The notes: generated by a model not told the origin, from the letters alone. DNA of 64,000 nt from Octopus sinensis (GCF_006345805.1 NC_043013.1:10478001-10542000), one strand, 5' to 3'. Counted from the stretch's first letter, positions 41,050 to 54,680 are shown. Made by a program: numbers and translations.

Positions 41050-41610
41050 CACTATTTTGTTAAGGTTATTTCTACAGATTTTCTAAGCCAGTACTGACTT
41101 TTGCTACAACGTTTCGTATCGAGGCGTCTCATGTAAACAAACATGATCGAAGACAAAAATGAGTATTTAGTGCATATGCCATATTTCGGGGGTTGTTGCC
41201 CCTTCTTCAGCACTCATCTAACTCACTACTTCCGCCGAACACATTACTTATATAGCCACCGCATGCAGCGGTGTTAAGTTATTGGATATACCAGTTTCCA
41301 TTATAAACGCATTCCTGGAGCTGGTATATAAACAATAAAGGTTTGTAGGTACGTGGTATGTCGTTATTCAAACACAATATATTATAAGGTATATTAAATA
41401 TTTCCATAAGTCAGTACCACGTTCTATTGCATCAGCAGTGCTCTTACATTATTTTGTTAAGGTTCTTTCTACAGATGTTCTATAGAACTCATAACCAGCA
41501 GCGATTTTTTTCCAACAACGTTTTGTATCGAGATGTCAAAATGTGATCGAAGACAAAAGTGGATATATGACATATTTCGGGAGTTATTGCCCCTTCTACA
41601 GCACTCATTG
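41050..41610 (-). mobile_element. Pair of diverged direct repeats of about 165 bp, each ending in an HHR motif (41169-41214 and 41558-41605); pLTR-like
   Basis: Minus strand: agtg CTGAAGA a gggg-caacaac-cccc GAAA tatggcat ATG cact. The second copy has a CTGTAGA core. Confidence 0.65.
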
Positions 41611-42164
41611 GTATTTGCAAACCTTAAACACTTGCAACTATCCAATCAGCAATACCACCATATCCACCACAACCACAACCACCACCACCCCAGCCATCAT
41701 CCTCTCTCGCTCATTATCTTCTCTCTTTCTCTCCCTCCTCCATTTCGCTCCCCCTCTCTCTCTCTCTGCTTCTCTTTAACTTCACTATCAGAACATTACC
41801 CCACTGCTAAAATTCTTACGTCCCCCTACCTATTGTCACGGACGCTTCTCCCTCTCTCTCTCTCTTTTCTTCCCGTCTTTTTCTTTCTCCCTCTTTCTGT
41901 CACAGACTTCGCCTTATCCTCTTTTACTCTCACATTTTTCTTTCTCCTCTCGTCCCCTTCAACTAATCATGTGAAAGCGTTGCAACATTCCCTCCATCTC
42001 GTGTCATGGAGGCTTCTCTCACCCTCATTTCTTCCCCTTCTTTTTCTCTCTCCTTCTTTTATGTCTCAATCTTTTTCTCTAATCCCGGAAAGCGTTACCG
42101 ACGGGCTAAGTAACGCAATGACAAGCACAATCATTATAAGATGATGGTTATATGGACTGAATTT

Positions 42165-44785
42165 TATGTTTGATGAAAATATTTGATGAGAAATGTTTGA
42201 TGAAAATGTTTGATGAAAATGTTTGATGAAAATGATTGATGATAAATGTTTGATGAAAAATGTTTGATGATAAATATTTGATGAAAATGTTTGATGAAAA
42301 ATGTTTGATGAAAAAAGTTTGATAAAAATGTTTGATGAATAATTTTGGTGAAAATTTTTCATGAAAATGTTGAAAATATTTGATGAAAATATTTGAAGAA
42401 AAAGTTTAATGAAAATGTTGAAAATATTTGATGAAAATATTTGATGAAAAATCTTTGATTAAAATGATGAAAAATGTATGAAGAAAATGTGTGATGTAAA
42501 TGTTTGATGAAAAATGTTTGATGATGTTTGATGAAAAATGTTTGATGATAAATATTTGATGAAAATATTTAATGATAAATGTTTGATGAAAATGTTTGAT
42601 GAAAACTTTTTGATGATAAATGTTTGACTATGTTTGATAATAAATGATTGATGAAAATGTTTGATGAAAATGATTGATGAAAATGTTTGAAGAAAATGTT
42701 TGATGAAAGTATATAAAGAAAATGTTTAATGAAAATATTTGATGAAAATGATGAAAAATGTTTGATGAAAATGTTTGATGAAAATGTATGACGAATATGT
42801 TTGATGAAAATATTTGATGAAAATGTTTGATGAAAATGTTTGATGAAAATGTTTGATGAAAAATGTTTGAAGAAAATGCTGAAAAATATTTGATGAAAAT
42901 GTTTGATGAAAAATGTTTGATGAATATGTTTGATGAAAATGTTGATGAAAATGTTTGATGAAAAAAGTTTGATGAAAAATGTTTGATGAAAAAAGTTTGA
43001 TAAAAATGTTTGATGAATATGTTTGATGAAAATTTTGATGAAAATATTTAATGATAAATGTTTGATGAAAATGTTTGATGAAAAGTGTTTGATGATAAAT
43101 GTTTGATGATAAATGACGATAATGTTTGATGATAAATGTTTGATGATAAAGGTTTGATTAAAATGTTTGATGAAAATGATTGATGAAAATGTTTGATGAA
43201 AATGATGAAAATGTTTGATGAAAATGTTTGATGAAAATGTATGACGAATATGTTTGATGAAAATATTTGATGAAAATGTTTGATGAAAATGTTTGATGAA
43301 AATGTTTGATGAAAAATGTTTGAAGAAAATGCTGAAAAATATTTGATGAAAATGTTGGACGGAAAAGTTTGATGAACATGTTTGATGAATATGTTTGATG
43401 AAAATGTTTGATGAAAAAGTTTGATGAAAAATGACTGATGATAAATGTTTGATAAAAACGTTTGATGATAAATATTTGATGAAAATATTTAATGATAAAT
43501 GTTTGATGAAAATGTTTGATGAAAAGTGTTTGATGATAAATGTTTGATGATAAATGACGATAAATGTTTGATGATAAATGTTTGATGATAAAGGTTTGAT
43601 TAAAATGTTTGATGAAAATGATTGATGAAAATGTTTGATGAAAATGTTTGATGAAAATGTTTGACGGAAAGGTTTGATGAACATTTTTGATGAATATGTT
43701 TGATGAAAATGTTTGATGAAAAATGTTTGATGAAAAAAGTTTGATAAAAATGTTTGATGAAAAATTTTGGTGAAAATTTTTCATGAAAATGTTGAAAATA
43801 TTTGATGAAAATATTTGAAAATGTTTAATGAAAATGTTTGATGTAAATGTTTGATGAAAATGTTTGATGAAAAATGTTTGATGAAAATGATGAAAATTGT
43901 TTGATGAAAATGTTTGATGAAAATGTTTGATGAAAAATATTTGATGATAATGTTTGATGAAAAATGTTTGATGATAAATATTTGATGAAAATGTTTAATG
44001 ATAAATGTTTGATGAAAATGTTTGATGAAAAGTGTTTGATGATAAATGTTTGATGATAAATGACAATAAATGTTTGATGATAATGTTTGATGATAAATGA
44101 CGATAATGTTTGATGATAAATGTTTGATGATAAAGGTTTGATTAAAATGTTTGATGAAAATGATTGATGAAAATGTTTGATGAAAATGTTTGATGAAAAT
44201 GTTTGACGGAAAGGTTTGATGAACATTTTTGATGAATATGTTTGATGAAAATGTTTGATGAAAAATGTTTGATGAAAAAAGTTTGATAAAAATGTTTGAT
44301 GAAAAATTTTGGTGAAAATTTTTCATGAAATGTTGAAAATATTTGATGAAAATATTTGAAGAAAATGTTTAATGAAAATGTTTGATGTAAATGTTTGATG
44401 AAAATGTTTGATGAAAAATGTTTGATGAAAATGATGAAAATTGTTTGATGAAAATGTTTGATGAAAATGTTTGATGAAAAATATTTGATGATAAATGTTT
44501 GATGAAAAATGTTTGATGATAAATATTTGATGAAAATGTTTAATGATAAATGTTTGATGAAAATGTTTGATGAAAAGTGTTTGATGATAAATGTTTGATG
44601 ATAAATGACAATAAATGTTTGATGATAAATGTTTGATGATAGATGATTGATGAATATGTTTGATGAAAATGATTGCTGAAAATGTTTGATGAAAATGTTT
44701 GATGAAAATGTTTGATGAAAATGTTTGATGAAAAGTTTTCACGAAAATGTTTGGTGAAAATAATTGATGAAAATTCATCACAAAA
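42165..44785. repeat. Satellite of about 13-bp units (TTTGATGAAAATG) with higher-order repeats
   Basis: Direct reading. The landmark ttttggtgaaaatttttcatgaaa recurs near 42343, 43765 and 44307. Confidence 0.97.
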
Positions 44786-44847
44786 TGTGTGTAAAATCTA
44801 TTATAAGATCAAAGTTACAGAAAGTGATATAAATATTAACTTACTGA

Positions 44848-45050
44848 TAAGGCAGTAAGCTGGCAGAATCGTTTGCACTCTGGGCGAAAAGTTTTGTGGC
44901 ATTTCGTCCTCCTTTTGGTTCTGAGTTCAAATTCCACAGAGGTTGACTTTACCTTTCATCCTTTTGTGGACAATACGATTAATACCAGTTGAGCACTGAG
45001 GCCCATCTAATCGACCGAACTTGTCAGCCTAGTGCCAAAATTTGGAACCA
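44848..45050 (+). mobile_element. SINE family B copy, diverged
   Basis: gctggcagaatcgtt...gagttcaaattcc...ctttcatcctttt. Confidence 0.75.
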
Positions 45051-46184
45051 GTATACACCAGACGTTTGAGCTTGTTGTATCTTTAGCATGCCGGGCAAAT
45101 TCCTAGCGGCATCTGAGTTCAAATTCCGCTGAGATCGATATTGTATCTTTCTTTTTGTAATATTAGAACGATATTCTCACATTTAAATTCATCGCTAACC
45201 TTTAAGATATAACATTTCGTGAAAGAATTATATTGACTTGTAAAACTTTTATATACTTTTTAGTATATTATGGTCGCAAAACGAAAATTTGCTTGCAGTA
45301 AATATGTAAGGACCAGTTGCCTGAAATGTGTTAATATGTAAATTAGTTTATTCAACTTTGTTGCACCACAAAACATAATGGGTCTTTAAGCAATGCATTT
45401 GTGGATAGTCGACGGTTTGGATGTGGAGCTGATCAAAGGGCGATAAGTCTTTAAATACAATTAGTCTTTATCCCATAAAGCGTTGGGACTTGCACTTACA
45501 TAACATGGACTGCTGAGGGCAATTTGTGAAAATGAAACTACCATGCACACATAAAAAAAACAAAGAATAGTTAAAATATCTTCTTAGTATATAATGGAGG
45601 CACGTTTTACATCATCTGAAAAGTCATTAGTTGAACTATTAGTCCTCTTGCATTCTGGTGGGAGGTGTCGAGCGTTTGTGTGATATTAGACCTCAACAAA
45701 TGCTCATAAATTAAATGCATCTATCTGAGCTACGATCGTGGCCCGTCGCACTTTATGTGTTAAATATGCGGTGTTTCGTAATTTCGCCTCCAGAAAATTC
45801 GTCCCCGGTAATTTCGCCACTACTATCCAAACCAAACATGAGACCCCTTTTGTCAAGCACATACATTCATACATATAGATATGTATGCGCATATATATAT
45901 TTATATTTATGTCTATTTATGTTTTGTGTGTGTATGCCACTGCGTTGAAGGTAGTGTGCGAGAATATGAATGTGAGTGGTTTGTGTATACATATTCGTGT
46001 CTAACTTAGCAGTTCGGTGAAAAGACCTCGATTTTGAAAATATTAGAAAAGGCTTAGAAAATAATTGGAATCGATTAGTTCGACTAAAGCCTTCAACGCA
46101 GTGGCATACACACACACAAGACAGTAGGCATACACACACATACACATATACAAATTTCTATTGTTCATCTGTCTATATCTTTTT

Positions 46185-46209
46185 GTCTGTCTATCTATCT
46201 ATCTATCTT

Positions 46210-46272
<63 letters not shown>

Positions 46273-46283
46273 ATCTATCTATC

Positions 46284-46323
<40 letters not shown>

Positions 46324-46347
46324 ATCTATCTATCTTTCTTCTTTCTT

Positions 46348-46414
<67 letters not shown>

Positions 46415-46445
46415 ATCTATCTATCTACCTATCTATCTATATATC
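46185..46445. repeat. (TATC/TTTC)n microsatellite
   Basis: Direct reading. Confidence 0.95.
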
Positions 46446-46782
46446 TATTTAGCTAGTATACATGACCAAAGACATGCGAGTGAATTTGATAGACTGAAAC
46501 TGTAAGAAGCCTCTCGTATATATACATATATGTGTGTGCGTGTGTATGTGTGTGTGTGTGTATTCGTGTGTATGTGTGCTTGACAACGGGTCTTGGTGTG
46601 TTTACGTCCGCGTAATATAGCGCTTTGGGGAAAAAAACCGATAGAATAAGAACCAGGCTTACAATGGTTAAGTCCAGGGGTCGATTCCATCGACTAAAAG
46701 GCGGTGCTCCAGCATGGCCGCAGTCGAATGACTGAAACAAAAGAATAAAAGAATATATTTACAATATATATATTCACAAACA

Positions 46783-47170
46783 GGCGCAGGAGTGGCTGTG
46801 TGGTAAGTAGCTTGCTAACCAACCACATGGTTCCAACTTCAGTCCCACTGCATGGCACCTTGGGCAAGTGTCTTCTACTATAGCCTCGGGCCGACCAAAG
46901 CCTTGTGAGTGGATTTGGTAGACGGAAACTGAAAGAAGCCTGTCGTATATATGTATATATACGCGTGTGTGTGTGTTTGTGTGTCTGTGTTTGTCCCCCT
47001 AGCATTAATTGACAACCGATGCTGGTTACTTAGCGGTTCGACAAAAGAGACCGATAGAATAAGTACTGGGCTTACAAAAGAATAAGTCCCGGGGTCGAGT
47101 TGCTCGAATAAAGGCGGTGCCCCAGCATGGCCGCAGTCAAATGACTGAAACAATAAAAGAGTAAAAGAGT
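46783..47170 (+). mobile_element. SINE family A copy with 20-bp target-site duplication
   Basis: aatatatatattcacaaaca at both 46763-46782 and 47171-47190. Confidence 0.93.
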
Positions 47171-48239
47171 AATATATATATTCACAAACATATACATATA
47201 TATATAAACATGCATAGACAGAAACATACATACATACATACATATTTATATGTGTGTGTTTGTGTGTGTGTGTGTGTGTCTGTGTGTGTGTGTGCGTGTG
47301 TGTAAGCATATACCCATACACAGAAGTAGCCACTTATACATCGCCTTTCTTGATTACGGAGCGTTAAGGTTAATGTTTAAAGAAGATTGCAGTCTATCGT
47401 GGCGGCTGGTTGGCTGAATAACCAGTTAGCTGTTTCAAGTCTTGCCGACGGCATACCGTTTGATAGGGTCCTTTCAAAATATTTTATATGGCCCCTGCAA
47501 TAAAATGTCCGTGGACGACAATTGACAGACCGAGGGGTGGTGTGCGCCTTGTATACAAAAGTCATCTGACGCCTGATAACATGGTCATAAAGACAGAGAT
47601 ATGTCACACCATGTGTGTCAACTGAAGAGGCAGGAGTAGGAGGAAGGGGAGTGAGAGAGGGTGAGTGAAGGTGGTGGTGGTAGAGAGAGAATGGACGAGA
47701 GAAAGGGAAAGAACTGCGTGTGTGTAAGGAGGGGTGGTGAGAGAGCAGGAAAGAGGTCATTGAAAGGGAGCGAAGGTATGGGATGTGGTTTGTATGTTGT
47801 AGTTAGAGAGAGGGGCAGAGAGAGTGAGTGAGAGAATGAGAGAGAACAGAGAGCGAGAGAGGGAGAAAAATGGGAGTGAAGGGAGAAAAAAAGGGGGTGA
47901 AGAGATGAAAGAGAGAAAGAGAGAAATAGAGATAGTTAGAGATAGAAGACAGGAAAATAAAGGGGGGATAAAAGAGAGAAGGGAGGTAAGCAAATAGTGA
48001 GAGAGGCGGAGACAGAAAGAGAAAAAGTGGGGATAGAGATAGAGAGATTTATATGGAAAGAGAGAAGGAGATACTAAACTAAATTGGAAGACCGGAAAAG
48101 ATGGACAGGGATACAGAGAAAGAGAAAGGGAGCGAAAAATAGAGGGAGAGTAAGAGCGGGAGGGAGACAGGCAAAACTGCGAAAGGGAGGAATTATGAGA
48201 AAGGGAGATGATAAAGGAAGAGAGAAAAATAGAGAAAAT

Positions 48240-48950
48240 AGGTAAGTCAATTACAGTGCTCTTATTTTCTTGATCCCCAAAGGATGAAAAGCAAAATCGA
48301 CATCGGCAGAATTTGAACTCAGAACGTTTAACGAAATGTAAGCATTTTCCCCGGCGAGCTTAACGATTCTTATTTCTTTATTGCCCACAAGGAGCTAAAC
48401 ATAGAGGGGACAAACAAGGAGAGACAAAGGATTAAGTTGATTACATGGAGCCCGGTGGGTAAATGGTACTTAATTTATCGACCCCGAAAAGAAGAAAGGC
48501 AAAGTTGACCTCGGCTGAATTTGAACCCGAAACGTAAAGACAGATGAAATACCTATTTCTTTACTACCCACAAGAGGCTAAACACAGAGGGGACAAACAA
48601 GGACAGACAAACGGATTAAGTCGATTATATTAACCCCAGTACGTAACTGGTCCTATTTTTATCGACCCCGAAAGGATGAAAGGGAAAGTTAACCTCGGCG
48701 GAATTTGGACTCAGAACGTAGCGGTGGACGAAATACCTATTTCTTTACTACCCACAAGGGGCTAAACACAGAGAGGACAAGCAAGGACAACAAACGGATT
48801 AAGTCGATTATATCGACCCCAGTGCGTAATTGGTACTTATTTAATCGACTCCGAAAGGATGAATGGCAAAGTTGACCTCGGCGGAATTTGAAATCAGACG
48901 AAATACCGCTGATCATTTCGCCCCGCGCGCTAACGTTTCTGCCAGCTCGC
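48240..48950 (-). mobile_element. Tandem array of SINE family B units (period about 183 bp)
   Basis: tatttcttta(t/c)t(g/a)cccacaag recurs near 48371, 48555 and 48738; the only complete 5' head is at the right end. Confidence 0.88.
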
Positions 48951-49082
48951 AGACTTCGTTATTGATTCTGTGCGCGCTTGTTGTGTACGTGTGTGTGTGT
49001 GCGTTTGTGCGCGTGTAGAGTAGTAGAATTTTGAGAAAGGTTATTCATTAATGGGCGGCGTTAGAAGAGAGATAACAACAGA

Positions 49083-49116
<34 letters not shown>

Positions 49117-49319
49117 TGGGAGATGGGGGAGAGAGAGGATAGGAGTTATGTGTATGTGTGTTTGTGAATGGATAGGTGTATGTGTGTGTTTACGTGTGGA
49201 TATGTGTATGTGTGTGTTTCTGTATGAGAGAAGCAAATTGAGAGGAGATGCAGAAATGAAACGAAAAGTTATACACATATCTATCTACTGAGTTTTGTGT
49301 GTGTGTATACGCATGGCTG

Positions 49320-49765
49320 TATACATATATACATACATACATACATACATACATACATACATACATACAAACATACATACATACATACAAGCATACATAC
49401 ATGCATACATACATGCATACATACATACATGCATACATACATACATACATACATACATGCATACATACATACAAACATACATACATACATGCATACATAC
49501 ATACATGCATGCATACATACATACATACATACATACATACATGCATACATACATACATGCATACATACATACATACATACGTACATACATACATACATAC
49601 ATACAAACATACATACATACATACAAACATACATACATACATACATACATACATACATACATACATGCATACATACATAGATGCATACACACATACATAC
49701 ATACATACATACATACATACATGCATGCATACATACATACATACATACATACATGCATACATACG
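49320..49765. repeat. (TACA/TGCA)n microsatellite
   Basis: Direct reading; explains the MYVC/HTYI ORFs. Confidence 0.97.
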
Positions 49766-50070
49766 CCACTTTTAGTCGAACAAATCAACCCCAGGACTCG
49801 ATATTTGTATGCCTAGTACTTATTCTATCGGTTTCTTTTGCCAAACCGTTAAGTTACGGGCACATAAACACAGCAACATCGGTTATCAAACAATGGTGGA
49901 GGGACAAACACAGACACACAAATACATATAAATATACATTTACATATATTACACACACACACATATATGTATATAATTTTAAAAAATAATTAAAATAATA
50001 ATAAAAATAATAATAAATAATAATAAAATACTAATTAAAAACATATATATGTATGTATGTAATCACGTGA

Positions 50071-50333
50071 CCGACCAGACCATCAGATGTTGCTACACAT
50101 CGCTGGTCACAATGCATTCGCATTGTTTTAGCCTTCGAATGACGCCACCCCGCTGGCTAAGCGAGCAGGCCAACAGACCAAAGAGGGAGAGAAAGAATGG
50201 TGAAATAGTACAGCAGGGATCATCACCCCCTGCCGGAGCGCCGTGGAGCTTTTAGGTGTTTTCGCTCAATAAACACACACAACACCCGGTCTGGGAATCG
50301 AAACCGCAATCCACTGGGCCATTGCGCCTTCAC
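50071..50333 (-). mobile_element. SINE family C, tail variant 2, with deletion in the head
   Basis: Aligns by eye to 40741-41039. Confidence 0.85.
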
Positions 50334-50359
50334 ATGTATGTATGTATGTATATATATAT

Positions 50360-50409
<50 letters not shown>

Positions 50410-50691
50410 ATATATATATAAATAAATATATAAATATATATACGACGGGCTTCTTTGAGTTTCCGTCTACCAAATTCACTCACAAGGCTACAGTAGAACA
50501 GTAGAAGACACTTGTCCTTCGTGACAGTCACTCCTGCCTTTATGTATGTATGTATGTATGTATGTATGTATGTATGTATGTATGTATGTATGTACATATA
50601 TGTATGTATGTTTGTGTGTATATATACATATATGTGTGTATGTTTGTGTGTATATATATATATAAATAAATATATAAATATATATATACAT

Positions 50692-50737
<46 letters not shown>

Positions 50738-51395
50738 GGGTAGAAATTTTTTAAGAAAAGATGAATGTATGTGTTTATGCAGGTATGTATGTATATGTAA
50801 AACGTTTCGACCAGAAGAAAAGAAATTAACCCACAGAATAAATGATGATTTCAAGATACGATACAGGTGGCGATTTGATCCAAGCAATGCCCCATCATGG
50901 CCATAGTTCATTGGCAATAAGAATTAAAAGAAAACGATTAAGAATGCAGAGTGTGTTTATGTGTTTGTAAATATTCGGTAACACACGACAAGTGTTGGAG
51001 AACAGGGGACAGAATTTTACTATATTTTAAAGGGACAGATAGTTTTTATGTGTGGGGAGAGGATGAGATAATGTGACAGAGAAACAGAGAGGGTGGGAGA
51101 GAAAAGAAGAGAGAAGGTGCGAGGGTCATTGTAAGATGAAGAGGAATTTCATTGAAAGATGTGGAGAATGATAGAAATACACTGTAAAAAAAAGAGACTG
51201 AAAGAATGGCATAAAAGTGATACAGTAAGACTTAAAGGTTAAAGGAAGGTGAGGAAAGAGAAAGAGAGTTTAATACGGTGTGAGGGGTGGAGAATACGTG
51301 TTTGCGTGTATGTGTGTGTGTGTGTGTAAGTGTGTGTGTGTGTGCGTGTGTGAGCATGCGTGTTTGAGAAAAAGAAAGCGTATGCGTCAGTGTGC

Positions 51396-51436
<41 letters not shown>

Positions 51437-52199
51437 TGTGTGTGTGCGTGTCTTTGAGAACAGGAAAGAGTTCGTAGGAGTGCACGCCCGCTTCAGCGAA
51501 TGTGTGTGTGTGTGTGTGTGTCTGTGTGAGCGTACACGTATGAGGGTGTGCGTGTGTGTGAGTTTAAACGAGTGCAATAGAAAAGGAGAAAGAGACACAG
51601 AGGTGGGAATGCAAACAGAACGAAGATAGGAAAGAGATATACACACGAAAGGGAGGTGAGAACGATCATGCGCGCGCACACACATACACACACACATATA
51701 CACACACATACATGCGCACATATATATACACACAGGAAAATACATAAAAGCATAAAAGGTTATACATACATATGTGTGTGTGTGTACACTCTTACTTGTT
51801 TCAGTCAGTTGACTGCGGCCATGCTGGAGCGCCGCCTTGAAGGGTTTTAGGACCATTCTTGAGGCTAGTATATCTTCTGTTTACCTTGCTGAGTCACTAT
51901 GTAGCTAGGACGTAAACATACTAACACAGGTTGTCAAGCGGCGATGGGGTACAAACACAGGCAAAGACACACACATACATATGCATACACACAAATAATA
52001 CATCCACAGGCACACATACGCACACACACACACAAATATATACATATATATATAATATTATATTATATGTATATATATATTCATAAAAGAAGAAAAAGAA
52101 AACTGACTTTGGGAAGTTAACAATTGTCTATCATTAACAACAAATTAATCATTTTCACTTACAGATTTTTCAATTAATTTTTATATATGTTTATGGATT

Positions 52200-52385
52200 C
52201 AATACAACAGATCTTTAGCCACAACACACATTTTTTTCTCTCCTTGTTTTTTTCTGTGTCCCTTTCTGTAGAAGAGCGTAGGCTCGAAACGTAAAAGACT
52301 TTTTCTATTCTTGAGTGTTATACTAATACATCTGTTTGTTTTGTACATCACCTGTCTCGTCTTTTGTTTTTTCTCTCTAATTACA
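52200..52385 (+). mobile_element. ORF-less pLTR-like element with minimal HHR (52262-52297)
   Basis: cttt CTGTAGA a gagc-gtag-gctc GAAAC GTA aaag. Same family as 6040-6246. Confidence 0.72.
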
Positions 52386-52433
52386 TATATATATATATAT
52401 AGATAGATAGATAGATAGATACATACATACATA

Positions 52434-52467
<34 letters not shown>

Positions 52468-52660
52468 CATACATACATATGTGGTGCTATTAAGTTAGAT
52501 ATGGCCTGGGCCAATCTTTGGTCGAAATATATTGGAGTTAAGTTATATATATATATATATATATATAAAATATTATTAGAGACAAAACCACTCTTTTGCA
52601 AAACAAACAAGGAAAGACTTAATCAATACATAAAATTTTAATAAATAGTCAAAAAAACCG

Positions 52661-52703
52661 CCACTACAATTGTTTCTTGTCTTGATCGACAATCTTCAGG
52701 TGG
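52661..52703 (-). ncRNA. Type I hammerhead ribozyme, intact core (left arm)
   Basis: Exact reverse complement of 52787-52829. Confidence 0.85.
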
Positions 52704-52786
52704 ACTTCCAATAAGTCAGTTTCAAATTATGAAGTCATACATACATACATTATGACTTCATAATTGGAAACTGACTTATTGGAAGT

Positions 52787-52829
52787 CCACCTGAAGATTG
52801 TCGATCAAGACAAGAAACAATTGTAGTGG
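52787..52829 (+). ncRNA. Type I hammerhead ribozyme, intact core (right arm)
   Basis: ccac CTGAAGA ttgtc-gatcaa-gacaa GAAAC aatt GTA gtgg. Stems I and II pair perfectly, stem III is the palindrome ACAATTGT, predicted cut after 52825. Confidence 0.85.
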
Positions 52830-53449
52830 CGGTTTTTTTGACTATTTATTAAAATTTTATGTATTGATTAAGTCTTACCTTGTTTGTTTTGCAAAATAGT
52901 GGTTTTGTCTCTAATAATATTTTATAATATTTTACTATAAAATTGGATTTAATCCTAAATCTGAATTTTTTCCCTGTAAATTTGGATTTATTCCCTAATA
53001 TTTATTATTATATATATATATATATATATATATACGACGGGCTTCTTTCAATTTCCTTCTACCAAATCATCCACTCACAAGGCTTTGGTCGGCCCGAGGA
53101 TATAGTAGAAGACACTTGTCCAAGGTGCCATGCTGTGGGACTGAACCCGGAACCATGTGGTAGGGAAGGAAGCTTCTTACCATGCAGCCACTCCTAATAA
53201 CTCACTCAACTACACACAAATAGCAGTAGGTACACTCTCTCGTTATCTCTCTCCCCGTATCAAATAATTATGTGAGCGTGCATATACGTATCGTTTACTT
53301 GTTTCAGTCATCGATGTGGCCATGCTGGGGCACTGCCTTGAAGATTTTATAATCGAAAGAATCAGTCCCAGTATGGTTTTAGAAGTCTGATATTTATTCT
53401 ATCGTCATTTTTCGCATAACCAGTTTCTAATATTTTGTTACATCGATCT

Positions 53450-54680
53450 CCCTTTTGTTCACTTCAAGATTGATCGCTCAAAGCTGTTGTAAGCTATCTT
53501 CATTGCTAAGAGGTTATTCTTCAGCTTGTCCTTATATCTGAGCTATGGTCGACCAATGTTCCTGTACCCATTATCAAGCTGGCAGTACATGAGGACTTTG
53601 GATATTCTTTCGTCACTCATTCTGACGACATGGCCAGCTCAGCACAATTGTAACTGCATAAGGAAGCCCTCGATTCCACCAATATTACATTGGTCAGCAT
53701 TAGAAACTCTGTCTTTTAGTGAATAACTGCAGATTGTCCTCAGACAGCCTTTGTGAAAAATGTCTAGTTGGTTAATGTGTCGTCTATAGGATATCCACGG
53801 TTCTGAGCCATACAAGAGAGTAGAAAGAAAGCAGCTTTATATAATGTAATTTGGTGTCAAGTTTAATACCCCTTTTATTCCATATGCAATGATGAAGTTT
53901 TGCCAAATGCATTGGTTTCCTTTGCAAGATGATTGACGATTTCATCATCAAGTGAAGAGTTCGAATTCACTTTACTACCAATATATGTAAATGACTTCGC
54001 ATGATTTAAGTTTTTCCCATCAACTTGTATAAAAGTGCCAGGAAAATTGTGAACCTGTAGCCTCTGCTTGTCACCTCGAATTTGGGTTGGTGTAGTGCAA
54101 TGTTGATGGATTATTTCCGTCTTCTTTGCGCTGGTCAAATCAAATGTTTTCCATGCAGCAGAAAACTGGTCTAAAAGTTTCTGATCTTCCTCTGAAGAAA
54201 GTAGATCATGAATGATACTGGTGCGTAGCAGTGTTTTGGCTTGAAAGGTTGATGATTGAATAGTCCACCATTTGTTCGAAACTGGAGTTTGACACCACTT
54301 TGTATGTCGCGTAAATCATATCTCAGCATCATTGAAAAGAAGATTGCAAACAAAACAGGAGCCAAAACACAACCTTGTTTTGTGCCGTTTGTAACGTTGA
54401 AGGAAACTGAAGATTCCCCACCGGACAAAACAGAAGCGTTCATTCCATCATGAAAGGAGATGATAATATTCAACATCTTGTCAAGTATACCAAGCATCTG
54501 CAGAACTTGCCATAGTGCTTCCAGTTTACATGCCTAAGTATGTTCAACGAATACCATGAACAACTCTTGATTTTGCTCACGTACCTTCTCCATAACCTGT
54601 CGAAGGGAAAAGATCATGTCGATAGTGTTACGACCAGAGCACTATGTTTCTGGATAGATACCATTTGCAAAGTGCTACTT
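53450..54680 (-). pseudogene. Decayed RTE-clade LINE reverse transcriptase fragment
   Basis: GTKQGCVLAPVLFAIFFSMML, FRTNGGLFN, FTYIGSKVNSNSSLDDEI and WAGHVVRMSDERISKVLMY in order; frameshifted. Confidence 0.88.

Larger units (their letters stand above)
52564..52926. repeat. Inverted repeat with 176-bp arms (3 mismatches seen) and 11-nt spacer; inverted pLTR pair
   Basis: 52564-52739 is the reverse complement of 52751-52926; spacer is catacatacat. Confidence 0.95.

Noticed and set aside
42066-44781. Long minus-strand ORFs (up to 371 aa)
   Set aside because: Produced by a satellite unit with few stops on that strand; frames shift with unit length variation.
42165-44785. CRISPR-like array or C/D-box snoRNA cluster (many TGATGA)
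   Set aside because: No unique spacers, and no regular D boxes or terminal stems; eukaryotic satellite.
49190-49816. Six overlapping MYVC/HTYI ORFs
   Set aside because: (TACA)n microsatellite.
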